From Ptychomitrium polyphyllum (Eukaryota), in the NCBI GenBank assembly GCA_973851085.1, contig OZ316775.1:8308001-8372000 (forward strand): a stretch of 64,000 nt of DNA, read 5' to 3'. The position numbers and the translations under genes were made by a program. Every line of letters starts with the position of its first letter. The stretch's first letter is position 1. Of this stretch, positions 41,601 to 56,183 are shown one piece after another. The notes below the pieces were generated by a model that was not told the origin of the DNA, searched no databases, and saw only the letters and a program-made list of their open reading frames with translations.

Positions 41601-44600
41601 CCGTTTTGCAAAACAAAAAGTTTCTGATGTGATACTTCACCAGCGGCCAGAGTCGAAGTATTTCCCCTGCTGGACCAGACCATCCATCGACCATGATGTA
41701 TGTGATGAAGAACGACGCCTTCTGAGGTATAGATAATGCAAGAGTGTTGAGAAACCTGTTTAAATCACAAACTCAATCTTAGAGACGTCCAAGAATTTTA
41801 ATATACTGATTTCCAAGAAATGTCGATGATTTTTGATGTAGCAGTGACAAGAAATAGGAGCAGTAATACCTCAATGAAAGCTATTACCAACCAAGAGGTA
41901 GCTCAACATGCTAAACATGCATAAACCTGAGAAAATCCTTTGTAGTTCGAAATCTTAGAACCCAACAGACTCTAAGGAAAACATAATTGAATATCTATAA
42001 GGCTCCTTCATATAAAAATGCAGCTGAACACACTGGAAGTGTAGAGAACAACGCTATCAAGACACACACCCCAAAAACGAAGATGATGTCACAAAAGTCC
42101 TCAGCTGCTGAAATGCAGATCCTGTGAGGATGCTTCCAAAAAAAATGTTGACCACAACAAAGTAATAGTACTTCGCAGCTGCTCGCCGCTCAATCTTCGA
42201 AATTGCAAGGTGGCCTTCAAGCTTCGTGATAAACATTATGATGACTGGCAGAAGCCAAAAGCAGAGCTTCAAAATAAGCCCCGGCAGGAAACCTTGGACA
42301 AATGATGTAACAAAACCTCTGTTTGCCACCAAAAGCAATAAGAAATGGTTTAAATCTCCACAAAACATGTGAAAGTTTTGTGAATGTACAGAGACATCAG
42401 CACACTAGCTACCAGGTAATTTTTAAACGAACGGTGACCTTTACCGCACCAAAAACAAATCAAACTCTAAGAAAAATATGCCCGATAAATCTTTAAAGGA
42501 CTCTGGTTAAATATACCATATGTTAGAAGACTAGATATGAAGACTTACTTCCTGAGAAATCCGTTTAGGGCAGGTATAGATCTTCGAAGTCCCTCGAGGT
42601 TCGCCAACGATTGCACACCGGCAACCGGAATCATATAAAAGAAAACCAAAAGAAATACAATCGCACTAACTGCAAGCTTTCGAAATCCAATCTGCACATA
42701 TGGTATTGAAAGATTGGCCCAGTATACATCTCGCGGTTCTGGTGCCCAGTCTGTAAGCCACAAAGTAGGGTCTTGGTTCTGTTGGGTTTGGGCGCACACA
42801 GCAGCCCCCCAGCGAGTCTTGAATGAGACAAAGGCAGCTGGCATTGTGGCATTTGGGTCGTTTATCACGACCTCACGCTCAGTCTCTGCCTGTTATGACG
42901 AAAGCAAGAAACCTAAGTGATTGCATGCACAATTCTGTATGGATGCAGAATCAAACATTGAGGAACAGGGCTTTGCTCACTAACCAGATCGTCGGCTATA
43001 CACACTTCTTGGTAGCGTTCCATTTTCCATAATTTATCAAACCACTATAGTGAGGTGTATCCCTTTCAGTGATATTAGGCAAAGCCTAAAGCATTAGTAG
43101 TCAATCCTCTAGAAAGTACGAATTACTCTTTACAGACGACCTCGCAGAGCATGTTACTCCATTTGATATAAGAAAATTACACTAATCTAGAGCCATTCTT
43201 AAACATCGGTAACATCAACTTTAGATTCCAGCATAGAAATGAGATAAAGAACTTACTTCTTGAGTCAATCTTTCAATTCGAGATGTGTAGTAGTTTATTG
43301 CATCAACTTGCTCTCCAAAAATGCCGCAAAAACCCGTCTGCACAGAACCCGAGAGATTTTATTTCAACTGTCTGAAGTGAAAAATGTCAAAATACATTAT
43401 TATCTTCAGAGAAACTCAAACGGAGTCATCGGAACTTCATGAACTGATCTCATGGCTTTGAATCTCCATATTATGCAACAACATGAAAACCTTATGAAAA
43501 AGACTGCAGATCTCGTGAATGTATTGAAGCTACCTTGGTCAAAGGTCTTATTGCTGGATTCCGCGTATGCTTGATTTGGAAATAAACTAACCAGTTCTGT
43601 GCGCTGTCTCTTTCCTTGACAATTTTGGATAACTTAGTTGCATTGTACGCCATCTGTTTGCCAACTCAAGAAGGATATATTAAGTGGAAGCATAATCCGC
43701 GACCATCATATTTTGCAAGTCCGGCTAGCTTGCTTGAGATGGTGTCAAGACTAACTACCTTTGGCAAACGCAACTGAAACAAGTATTGGCAGAATATGCT
43801 AGAAAGTCAATTTCGTTAGGGTCTGTTTAAACCCACTATGTGCTACTCTAGTATAGAAAGCAAAATTGAGTTGCCACATTGCAAAGTTCCTTCAGAGGAC
43901 GACTCTAGAGTTAAAAGAGACACAACACCGGTTTAAATACCTGATGCGTTAAATAATAATCTGGATGATTGATGCGAAAGTAGTCCTCCACTTGTTTGGT
44001 GAGGGGTTGCTTTCCTTTATCTGGTACTTGCAATGCCATTACCTGCGATCATCACATTTTACAAGTCACTCCAACGTTCCGGTAATCTCCAGCTCGTGCT
44101 CTAGTCTTCACAAAATGGCTTAAGGAACATAGATTTGATGCGCGGCTTCGAAGTTCAACACAGAGGAGAACCTATGTTAAAGGAAAGTAAAGCCACTTGC
44201 TAAACATCTACGTAGACCTTCGAGAAGCGATGCTCTTCCAACCAGAGAGGATAGGTAAAATATGAAGAAACGGCTTACTGTGAACTGGTCGGGGAGCCGT
44301 TTCTCATCAGAGAGGAACTTGAGACGTAATGCTGCAATGCTCCTATACTCCATAAATAAAATGAAGCAAACCCAACCTGTAAAGACGTACGACATTACGA
44401 GATGCGCCCACAGCCTTGGAGATCCGTTCGGAACATTCGACATAGAAAGTTTGTCGATGCTGCTAAATAAAAACTTCGTCTCTGTGGTGTTAGCATCCAC
44501 ATTGGATGTTCCTGACTCAGCCAGAGATCCCGCTCCGACGTTCACAGGAATTAGTATCGTCATGCCGAGTATCAATAAAGGCACAAATATCTTCAGCCTA

Positions 44601-45961
44601 CAAGTTCAAAAAACACGGTCCGTTGATCAGCTCTTCCTTCGCTTCACGCATTCAAGAACTCTTTTAATAAAGGAACTCATATCTTCTTTGTAATGCTACC
44701 TCTGAAAATGAATCAATGAGATATTCCGTACTGCAAAAGAGACCCAAAACCATGCATGTCTACTTTCACTAGGATCAAGGAAAGGAAAGCTTCACAGCTT
44801 AAAACCATTTAATATTCTGCAGTGATCTGTCTGCCTACAGTTTCAACACGCATATCACTAGAGAGAAACTTCTAAGGTCGTTGGTAAGAAGCACTTCGCT
44901 CATTCAGACTCGAGAAGAATATAGACAGATGGGCATGCAAAAGAATAGCTTATAAGGTGAAGTAGACAACTGAGTTCAGACATGTGGGAAGCAGGTTTGC
45001 CCGCTCTGTCTCACCTACGAGAATCACAGACATTCTCTATGCCAGAGAATTTTTTTATTTAATAACCAAGGTTCAGCAGACGCGACTGTCATCTGCGATT
45101 CAGATGGTTGAAGAGGTCAGCCCTTCACATTTGTCCAGGTCATATCATTGCCCGTATGTTTCTTGTTGATGTAACTAATTACTAAATAATTTCCTTCAAC
45201 AGGAACTCCGGATATTAAGGTGCTTATGCTTAATCACGACGCTGCGTCGTTAACCCCCACGCATTTGAAAATGCTTATATTTGGTCGCGGTTTACTATGT
45301 CCTTCCCATTGTTGGAAGTACACAACTGTAATGAGGCAGCTCATGACATATTGCATATGAACGAACTAATCCAGCGAATGATCTTGATCAATACACTTGC
45401 AGATTAGTATGTGATTAGAAATGATTTTCATACACAATAGCCAAGCAACCAAAAACTGAAACAGACAACTAAAATCAGTTCAACATGAAAGTGGTTAACA
45501 CAAAGAACGAAGCAAAACCCCAAGTGTCTACGGCCAACCGCGTGCGTTCTGTTAGTTTGTTGAAGTACCTGAAAAATAGTAAGACATTTCATAGAAGTAG
45601 AAGAGCAATAGAGGGCAAGGGAGGTGCACACTTACCCGACCAAGAAGATGCGGAGGAAAACTGCCGAGTCGAGTCCCGCGTGCTGGATAATGTCATCTTC
45701 GTTTTTGCGCAGGGCGGACTTAGCCCACTCGAACAGCCGCATGTATTGACCAAGTTCGAGATTGAAATACTTCTCGATAGGCTTCAACTGACGAGGAGAC
45801 GCCCTCGGCCGTGTCTTCCGAACACCCTTAATGTACAGTTTCGGATAGTACACGCGATCATTGACGGGTTGCACACTCAGGAACACAAAACTCAGGAGGA
45901 ACAGGATTACGAGGCCGATGTTGATTAGTGCGGACACGCCAATGTCTCGCAAAGTCGCCAT
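38682..45961 (-). CDS. OSCA: OSCA/CSC1/ERD4 (TMEM63) hyperosmolality-gated, Ca2+-permeable channel with very long C-terminal extension
   Basis: Exons 45961-45636, 44597-44279, 44042-43941, 43653-43534, 43337-43257, 42889-42549, 42318-42070, 41755-41431, 41260-40958, 40721-38682. OSCA1-type motifs: MATLRDIGVSA, QPVNDRVYYPK, HAGLDSAVFLRIF, IDKLSMSNV, AAFVSFKTRWGAAVCAQTQQ, WAPEPRDVYW, MVDGWSG, FLRNAYKHP. Confidence 0.95.
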
Positions 45962-46756
45962 CCTGCACCGGTAAAGCTAGTTCACTGTGACGATATGGTA
46001 TCTTAACTACTGGCGTTTGAGCTTCTCATACGTTCCAAGCGCATACTTAGCGAACTTCTTACGTCTTCAGCATTCTTCGCCTTCTCCTTACACGTAGCGG
46101 AAGAGAATCGGTGAAGCTTCACGCTTGAGCAGTCGAGCTGTACATAGTAATCAATCCACATTTCTTTGAAAGTACACTACTGCAACCTGGTTGCGAAATC
46201 CTGCTCGGGAATACATCGTTTATTTAACAGGTTTGTCAAATTGTTCGATGTATCCTCAAAATTGTTTGAGAAGTCTGTTGTACTCGTCTGTAATGCTTTC
46301 ACACCGAATATGAAAATCCTCGCCAACCACGAAGAGAAGAACTTCCGGATATTTCTTCAGGTTAATGCAGTACATGATGTCGCTCTTCGCCTGGATTGTA
46401 TTCCTGTTACACAACAAGAGAAACATCAAACCACGCATAGAAACAGCCGCAAGCTTAGCGTCGACCATAATACCGAAGTCAACAACGCCATGGCGCCATA
46501 CCGCTTCTTTCACAACAAAACATATCTCTACCCCAACAAAAACGGATAAAAAACGTCCACGAGATCATTTCAAAAACTAAAAACAAAACCAAAAGGACTC
46601 CGAAACTCCACGACACTCTCGTAGACACGTACGGAACTTACTAACTAACAACTCATTAAGAACACAACACCGATCGAAAATCACAGTTACGAATCATTGA
46701 GCGCCGCAGCTTCGCCATCACCCTGCAGTCGCGGCAAAAGTGATTCACTTAAACCA

Positions 46757-47080
46757 CCTCCACAGCCAACGTGCGAGCTAGCTCTCAAATAAAGAATATC
46801 AGCCGTCAGGCCGATAGCAAGGTTCCGAATCAGCTTAGCAGAAGCAACAAAATCTTAGCTTATAAACAACTTAGTTCACAGCGAGTACACCAAACGAAAA
46901 CGAGTGCTGTTGTTCTCTATCACACTGCACTCACCGCAAACGTTTCTAAGCTTCCTCCACAGCCTGCAACAAATGTGCGGGCTCTCAAAGGATAAAACTC
47001 CGGCCGTCAGGGTGGTAGGATGGTTCAAAAAATTAGCGCAAGCAACAGAAGATTAGCTTGTGAGCAACAACTTAGTGCAT
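46757..47080. repeat. Degenerate direct duplication (~200-bp period) upstream of OSCA
   Basis: The block order CCTCCACAGCC..GTGCG..GCTCTCAAA..GCCGTCAGG..GGTTC..TTAGC..AAGCAACA..TTAGCTT..AACAACTTAGT occurs at ~46757-46880 and again at ~46953-47080. Confidence 0.65.
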
Positions 47081-49204
47081 CATCAAACGCGCGGGGCCAC
47101 CACAAGTATCGAAAACATTGCATAAATTGTTGCAGAGCAGAAGAAGATGCAAACTGCAGAGCTCGGCGCTCAAGACGAGACCACATCGGTCGACGACCTT
47201 TGGGCGGGAGGTGATCGTTGGTGAAAGTGGTTTGCGGCCGTTAGATGGCAGCTGACGGAGAAGAAATCTGTCAGCTATCGTTGAAGAGGGAGTGGACGGA
47301 AGGCAACTCCTCGTTCTGAGCAGAATTGTTGGATGGGGTCGACGGTTCTAATTCGGAACAGGGGTGGTTACTCGTTTTCGTGTTGGAATATGTAGGCGGG
47401 TCCAGCTGGCTTGACAGGGATGCTGGTGGGGCTGGAGTGTGCGAGTTCAGCTGACTGCAACTTGGACTAGTAACTTGGGAATCTTCACTTTAGTCGTTGT
47501 GAAGCTTCTGGTCACACTGGTCAATGTTTGGTATATTCTTAAGATATGTTTATCTTTCCATGATTTTGGCAAGGCTCTGTGGCATTAGTGCAATGCTATA
47601 TGTGGGTGTTCGTGAAATTGTCTCGTTCCTAACTTTTAGGTTTCTATGAGTTTCGGGATCTGTTTTTACTAAAACAAGGATTTAGAAATTCAGTAGCAAT
47701 TTCTAGATTCAAAGCCAATGTTTTCCATTTGTTTACATTTTGTTGAGAACCTATGCAAACTTCCATGATCTCAGACCTTAGCAGGATTATAAATGTTCAC
47801 ATGTTTTCTTATTTCTTAAAAATATCTTGGCCTGACTTGGCTACTGGAACTTGGTTGTAATACAGTACACAGCATGTCAGGTTCATCAAAGGACAAATGC
47901 TCCATGCATGACGCACAATATCCCTGTCTTGTCAGTCATTGAGCTGCCAGCAAATTTTGTAGGAACTTATCCATATGTTTCTTGTCTCTGAAAATGTTTT
48001 TGCTACTACACAGACTCTAAGATTTGATACAACAAAATGTAATTCAGCTGTGAAGGGAAAAGAGAATCACATATTGAAATAAAACTGATATTGCTCCTAG
48101 GCTGCAAATTGTTGAAAGCAGTGATGCATCTGACAGTATGTAAGTTAGGCTACATTGCTGCACTCAGATTCATCTGAAAAGTGTTCAGATTTCATTCAAA
48201 ATGGTCTTTGGATCCAGAAATTGAATCAGTTCTTTTTTTTCAAAAACTGAAGTACAGAACTGAGTCATTTTACTATCTGTAAAACCTTTCAAGGCCACTA
48301 AGAATTCTGAATGTAAAAATGATGTCATAAGCATGCAATCCACATCATGTTTTTGTTGCTTGTATTGTACTTCTAGTCATTGTAACATCCAACACATGTG
48401 CTGCTATTGTACATCTTGGGCAACTATTGTGCATATACGTACTGTACATGTGCACTTGGTATATTCTTCAAGAAAGCTCCTTCCTATGGCCAATAGCTCC
48501 TGCTTAGGGAAGCTGTTCCCAACACTATTTGCTGTTCTACATTATTAGAGGATTTCTGTGAATTTGATAAGACTTCCAACATAACATTTACATTGGAGAA
48601 AACATGAGTTACTTTATAAGGGTATTAGCAAAACTTCGGCTTTATTTATTTTTACTTACTTCTAAATAAAATTTACTGTCCAAAGCCTAGTCCAATCTAT
48701 CAACACGAAAAAATCCACGGAGGCATCAAGCTCAAAGTTGGGCAGAGTAAAGAAGACTTCTCTGTAGAATGTTACGAAGTGCTTTACAATCTTGTCAAAT
48801 GAAAACAAAAAAAATTCACTCTCAATGATTCAATTCTGATTTTTCAAAGCTCGAAGCTGCTGACATCTTAAGTTTGAAATTACGTCGTTGTTGATGAGAG
48901 AGTGGCTAACTCCAAACAAGATAGAATTTGGGCCGATGGATCTCATGACATCAAGGACTCAGAGAGTGGATTCTTGCCAGAGGGCTCAGTGGCTTTCAGC
49001 ATCTGTAACAGCTTCCAACAGACTCAGGTTGGGTGGGGGGTAGTTACTTCCAGCTATATTCAACGTTTGGGTTGATACCTGTCCACCTCTTTTGCCACTC
49101 CTTAGATACAAATAAGTGTGGTCACTCTCATGGCACCGTTTGGGGTCAGTGTGCAGCGAGCTGAGGCCATTCTCTCGTCTGCATTTGGAACCCAAGTTTA
49201 CAGC

Positions 49205-50746
49205 ATGTGGAAGACAACGGAAGCAATGGCTGCGGTGCTCCTCCTGCTTCTGGTAAAGTTAGATCAATTCACAAGCTGAGGGATGTAACATTCACACACT
49301 GTAATGGTAGAGTGATGTTGCAAGTGTCAATAATACGAGAATAAAATGGCATTGTAAGTAGCAGAACAGGAGTTTCACGTGGGTAATACAAGGTACCCAA
49401 GCTCTTAGAAAACTGGTGCAGGGAAAAGAATAGCTTCGGATGGAAAGGTCTGCCAGGCGGCTAATCACCCATACTGGGTGTGTTCATAGTGCCAGCATGT
49501 GCACAATGTTGTTACAATGTGGTAGTTTTTGGAATATTTGGAACCTCTAAGTTTCATAACAATACTGTAGTGCGAGACTACTTATGAGACTTTCAAAGTT
49601 TTCATTTTTTTACCACATAGAGTTTTTTTTACATTGATATTGTATTTAAATGTTAAGCTTCACAGACGAACATCATTAAGATTTTACCACATTCACAACT
49701 TTCTTAATTTCAAGGCCACTTAGTAGACAATACTATGAACACACCTTACTCCTTTCTGTTTTCTTGAGGTCTTTAGGATTTGTGATCAAATGTTAGCTAT
49801 TTATTATCCTGAAGCAGAGGTGAGACCAAAGTTGAACTAATAATATCACCTGTCTCAATTTCATTAAAAACTAACTATGAAAACAACTTGAGAATACTCT
49901 TTTGAAGTCTTTGGAATACGTAACTCATTGTCTCTCAGCTGTGTAATCTCATGGGAGTGTTTTGTTCGAAACTCTTCAAGAAATGGTGAGTGTGATAAAA
50001 CTAGTGGGCTTGAGTTTGTAGGTGGGAGCAACAGTGACGATGACAGTGGAAGGAGGAGTGATTGAGAGATGCAACGGGGCTGTGGTGGAACTTGTTCCCT
50101 GCGAAGATTCGATCAAGGGCAAAGATGCTCTTTCTGTGCCAACCCATGGTTGTTGCATGGCGTTAAGTGAGCTCCTCCTTTCACCCGAATGCCTGTGTTA
50201 CGCCGCTACGACCGCGCAAGGATTCGATATGAAGCAGATCCTTGGTCTTCCAGCTTCTTGCAAATACCATGTGAAACCTCACCAATTGTGCGAAGGTTTG
50301 TCCATATCTGCATTGACTCTTTCCTCATAATAAGTCCTAATCCAAGAGATGTACTTCCCAATGCAACATATAGCTTTGCCATCTCCCAATCTGTGAGGCT
50401 CCTTAATTATTTAAAGCACTTTACCGACTAACCAACAAACAGAATGCCTTGTCACTGATAGAATTGTCCAAGTAAGAGAAACTAGCTTTACACGGGAAGA
50501 TGTTTACTTTCACTTCGAGCAGATTAGTTTCACTTAGTTTAGGTTGCTCATGAATGTTTCATTAAATTGGTGATGAGTGATGCAGGTATTCCTATCCCAA
50601 GCTACGCTAAACCATCGTCTGAAGACCTTGCTCCCAGTGATTCAGCAGCGGATCTTCCTCCACTAGGATTCTCAGACGAGATTCGTGAAGAAATCAAGAA
50701 AGAGTTCCGTGCACACCAGTCTCGTTTGAATAGCCTAACACCTTGA
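49205..50746 (+). CDS. Eight-cysteine-motif (nsLTP/LTPG-like) secreted protein
   Basis: Exon 50022-50295 encodes the C...C...CC...CLC...C...C pattern. Exon 50586-50746 continues in phase. The putative first exon 49205-49252 supplies a hydrophobic signal segment (MAAVLLLLL|VGA) but is less certain. Confidence 0.8.
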
Positions 50747-51354
50747 TAAACTTGAAGCAAGTGCAAAACCTCACTCACCTGCTCCAGATGTTAATATACA
50801 TATACACATACATGCATGTTACTCCAACTGTAAACCGTATATGCTATAATAAGTAAAGGTTGTACCCAACAGTTCTTAAAGTGTTCTTATTGAGTATTGC
50901 ACTGTATCTCTTTCTTAGTAAACTGCACAGTGATGCAGTTTGGTGCAATTAGACAAAAACACAAGTTCCCTGCATAATAAGTTACCACACAAGCAAAGGT
51001 GACAAAACACAGTAGACTTTCATAAGACTACAAATATTCTCCAAAATATATGTGTAATTTTGAAAACCTCAATCAATAACATAGGAATAGAACTTTACTG
51101 TTTATTTAACGAGCTTCTCGCTAAGCATCTCCTCACCCCTAAAATTGTACATGATGCTTAGAATCTACACATTCAGAGCACTCTCGATGATGAAGAAACA
51201 CCGTCGACGCTCTAAGCAATACTCGTAGCCCTATGCCATAAGTTGCATCAAGTTCTGGCTCTGATTTCTGTAACAAATCAGATAGAGCAGCAAGAAATTC
51301 CTTAGAATGCAAAAATTGTGAGTAAAGTGAAGGACACCAACGCCTTTGTTATGC

Positions 51355-51555
51355 TCACCATAGCATGCGATCTAATCCAAAGGCGAGAAACAGTGCTACA
51401 GCGGGTGCAACAATTGTTGGAACAGTCGAGGCTCCTGCATCAGCTGTAGGTGGTGGAGCAGGGCCAGCGGCCTGTCCATTGGCCGCAATAGCCATGCTTA
51501 AAATGACTGCAAGAAAAACCGCTGCAAACTTGATCATCATCGTGCTGGATGCCAT
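51355..51555 (-). CDS. Arabinogalactan (AG) peptide, probably GPI-anchored
   Basis: 66 aa: signal peptide, short mature QAAGPAPPPTAD region and hydrophobic C-terminal GPI-type signal. This is the classic AG-peptide layout. Confidence 0.88.
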   Translation of the reverse strand: MASSTMMIKFAAVFLAVILSMAIAANGQAAGPAPPPTADAGASTVPTIVAPAVALFLAFGLDRMLW

Positions 51556-54500
51556 TGTCTTTAACTGAACGCAGAGGCCAAGTAGAAATGGTTAGAAGCA
51601 CAATTTTAAAAATTCCATTAACGTACATGTTCGTAAATTGTGAAAAATCACAAGAACGCTTAGCTCTCTGAAGAAAACTCTCTCGTCAGAAACCAATAGT
51701 GAAGAAATAAAGTTGTACAGGACAGTGATGGAAAAGGAAACAAATATTAACACAATACAGAGCAACAACGGTTGCATATTAAAAACCTAACAAAGACTTG
51801 CCATGGAAAATTTTGAAGATACTCTAACAGTTCTTTACAGGCAATTGTCAAACAATAAGGCGCAACTCTTGAGAATGGCAATTAACAAAGCACAGTCCTC
51901 AACTCCAAGAGCACAGAGAAAGGGACTGAGCCTCTCTGCAACTGACACTTTTTCCTCGCGACCGAGTATGTGAATCGATTTTATGGCACGAAATGACAGT
52001 GCATAATTACATGTCCATCAAAAAAGAAATTAGTAACCGAGCCCTGAACAACACCTACAAAATTCCGGACATTTAATAGCGAATTTCTGTAACCATCGCG
52101 CAAAGCATGAGTTCCAGTTAAACTCAACATCAAAAACGCCACATGGAATATCCAACTCTGAGAATAATGAATCTCCGGGTGCGCGTCGAGGCGAGAAAAG
52201 AAGACTGTAACTAGCAACCGCAGACAGGCCGTTTCCCTCAAGACAGTATACGAATAATAGCAACATGCAATTCAGTCAGAAAATTTAATGACCGCTAGAA
52301 AACCTCTCTATCCCACAGAGTTGTGGTGATTCTACGCTAGATATCTTACTGCAGGGGTAAGCTACGTCATGTAGTAGATGCTACCTACCAGTTCCAAAGC
52401 GACAAGGTGGTAGCATGCACCCGCCACACCCGCATGCAGTAAACTATCTAGCATAGCCAACAACAAATGTCACTCATTACAAGAGTTACACCATGAGGAG
52501 CACGCTACAGATAATGGAGAACTAAAGAGGCAGGCCAGTAACACCACAGGCTGTAGCGTCACTGCTCTCATCAACCCAGTGTGTCACAGACGCTACGGAC
52601 AATGAACTCTTATTGAACTCAACACCAACCTCGTCTGAACCAGTAACTCGAGGAAGCAAAGGCTCGTAAACGACGACGGAGGCAAGAACATAATACCTGT
52701 TGACAGTGGGTGGCGAGTGCACCTGATCGAACCGCTCCGAGAGTCCGCTCCAAGCGTTGTGGTGACACGATATTATGGCTTCAAGCAAAGCGGGTGGTGG
52801 AGTTAGAAACAACAGTGGACAGGGCTGCAGGGCATCTCACAGACAGGTGTGCATGGGAAAGGAGTTAAATATTAGACTATCGGCAGCTCACAAATGACCT
52901 CCAGAGTCCAGACCATCAGATTCACGCGTCTAACATTTGCAAAAGCAGCTTCGAAGTTCGTCGCCTCGCATCTCCGGACATGCCAGCTGGTTCCAAGTGT
53001 CGCCTCCGCAAGTGTGCGTTCCTCCCCCTTTCCGCTTTCTTCGTTGACCCAGCTTTGCCAACTTCACTTCGGTCCTCGATGAACGACGAACCTCTTTGCA
53101 AGGTCGGACAACTTGAACTCGATCGGTCCCTGTTCCCTGATCACGATCGGCCGGGGGGCCCATTTCTGTGGCTTTAAACTTTAAGATGTATTTCATGCTT
53201 TCAGTTTGCATTTGGTACCATTGAATTGCCATGATCATGAGGATTCCATATCAATGATGTGTAGGAGTAAAAGTTGGTTTCTAAGGATGGTGTTTGATGT
53301 TTATACAACTGAGTGGTTGGTCTATAGACAAGCATAGACTATCTGAATAGGCTGAATCCGTCGTATTGGAGCAGCTTTGGAGGGAGATGATTGGAATTGT
53401 TTGTGGATTTTCTTTAAGAGAGATTTTCTTTCAGAGAACGGTTTTAAGTATCAGTTACCTTCAAAGATACTGAGAAGTATAGTTTTAGGTGCTGAAAGCT
53501 GGCCAAGGAAATGGATCCCTTGCAGATTACAGTTACTGAATTATTCCACAACATTCTATTTTCTTGTGTGCCAACCTTTGGGAGATAAGTCATAGTAATC
53601 TGTCGTTGGTTGAAAGGAGAAGAATGTTATCACAAAGCTTTATAGCTTTGAGATTTATTTTATTTTATTTTATTTAAATCTTGCCAATGAAGTATCTTGC
53701 ACATGCACTGCTTTAAAGAACATAATTGATATTAACGTTATTGAAAGTAAGCCAACTCTCAACCAATGGCAAGTGTGTTCATGTGATTGAGACTTATCAA
53801 GTGTAGAAAATTATTATAACAAAAAAAGTAAGTTTGTGCAATGATTGGAATATTAGTATATGTTTTTTCTAAAGAAAGTCTTAAAATCTTATTCTTATTA
53901 TAGAAAGAAGTCAAATTTATATCACCTTTATACATCAAATATAGTTCTTAAATGCATGGTTAATTCTTTATTAAAACATTGTTTATCATTGAGTGAAATA
54001 TTACTAAATTTCATGTACAAATGATATTAAGCATTTAGTAGGATTGTCAAATATTTTTAATATTAAATTCAAATAGCTTGGAAGTGTGTGGTGTAAGGTT
54101 TTGATTGCTAGTCTTATTTGCAATAGAACATTACCAATTTTTTACTTCAACTCATCGATGAAGTCATATAATAAAATAGTGTTATTATGATATAAACTTT
54201 AAATTTTGCACAAATTTATTTTCTTGTAGAAATACATTTAATATAAATTTTAAATTTTAAAAAATTGTTAAGATTGCAAAATCTGCTAAAGTCATGTTAT
54301 TTTTCAATAGTTAGATTAATTTGTGTTTGTCTTAGAATGTTAAAAAAAAAAATTTAAAAATTACAAATTACAAAGAATGCAAGTAACACTCATGATTGAT
54401 GAATCATGCTTACATACAACCATCAACCTTCAATTGAACATATTCTAAAATCAAATGATTCGTCCAAAAGAATTTAATGAAATATTTTTAAACAGTATTT

Positions 54501-56129
54501 ATTTTTATTTAAAATTTGCTATATTTTAATGAAGGACATTTGAAATGGATATGTCAAAAGGTACTTCAATTGCCTTTCTCCAAACATACAATCCAACAAC
54601 TTTTTTAAAAAGAATAGTATTCTAAAGTAAAGATCAAACATATAATAAAATCTTCTTATATTATTCATCAGATTGTGTATACTATGATAGGAATAATTAG
54701 GTGCCATAAAAAAAGTTTTAATATTCGTTTTATTTCGCTGGAAAATATGATAGTTCTACAGGATATCTTATGAAGATAATTTACAATACCTTATAATTCA
54801 TATTTTCAGTAGTCAGACTTGTTGGGCAATGATTTATGGGGAATATATTAAAGCGTTAAAAGGATTGTACAGAGTTCCTTCTCACGTTCATAACTTGGGA
54901 TGGTGGTGACCTGTACACCTCACATCACAAATGTAGAAGTCAAAGAGTTGAGTTTTTAAGAAAGCACCTTGTTTGTCCTGTGGAAGCTAGTCTTCTGCTT
55001 TGTGTCAACACAAGTGTCAACAAGAACTGTATGTTTGCAAAAGTGAATCCACAGAGACCCATGAGGTGAGATCTGATCACCATAAAGAAGCCAGATAACA
55101 ATTTGGGGAAGCATGCACTGCATGCTAAGGTGGTTGCCAAATTTGGACTGCAATGTTCACCTTTTGAATATGGGAAGCAATTGTCTTTACACTTTTTCCA
55201 AATTCTTTGTTGACAAATAAAGGAATTTTTGACTATTCTCCTTTCCAAGAGAATCTCTACATATTTCACCCAAAAATATGAAGGCTGTTGAGCTGTATGA
55301 ATGATAGAGTTTTGGTGAATCTTAGTAAGAAACATAATACAGTAGTAGCCCACGCTTCTTAAACTACATCATACATGATAAGTACTGTGTTCTACAACGA
55401 GAAGTACAATCTTGTGGAATAGTTTTGCACTGTTAAAATTTTATAAACTGTACATGATACATGTTCCATACTTTTGTGTCTTGTGAGGTGTGGAAGCCTG
55501 AAGAGTATTGCTTGAAAAAATCATACCTTGCAAAGCCTGTATGTATTAGAACATGGTCCAACAACATCAATCCAATAACCTGGCGTGTTCAACAATATGA
55601 GATCTAATAACTTAAGGTGGAAAATCTTCTCATGTATGGATTTAAAATTAGAAAATGCAACTTTTCCATCATCTCATATTTATATGCGGTAGTTGTCAAC
55701 TTGGAATTTACTCTTACATCCATTCTACATTTATCTCACATCCATTTATTTGGCAAACTGCATGTCCAGACTAAAAGGAGGCACATCAGTTTTTTTATAA
55801 TGCTTAATGTTGAACACCATTTCATTAATCAACTTTAATACCAAATACTCCATCGGTATCATGACATGTCATGACATGACATGAAATGAAATATACAAGC
55901 ATTGTCATTCATACATACCATCTAATAAATAATTTTTTAAATTTCTTTCATCTAAAGTGCAAACATTATGAGATTATAATATTCCACCATGTCATATCTT
56001 ATGTCACATTATATCAAATTTTCCAATCTAATTAATCAATCAATGAAAATTTGATGCGTAGTGTGTTCAATGTACTAATGCCCAATTGGCCTTTAAGCAC
56101 ATTAAATACAATTCCACAAGATATACTAC

Positions 56130-56138
<9 letters not shown>

Positions 56139-56182
<44 letters not shown>

Positions 56183-56183
56183 T
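56139..56183. repeat. (TA)n(CA)n compound microsatellite
   Basis: Directly visible. Confidence 0.95.

Noticed and set aside
54940..55560. Less AT-rich island with a 137-aa minus-strand ORF; similar island at 61100-62350
   Set aside because: No recognisable domain or TE protein motif. These may be decayed gene or TE remnants but are unassignable by eye.
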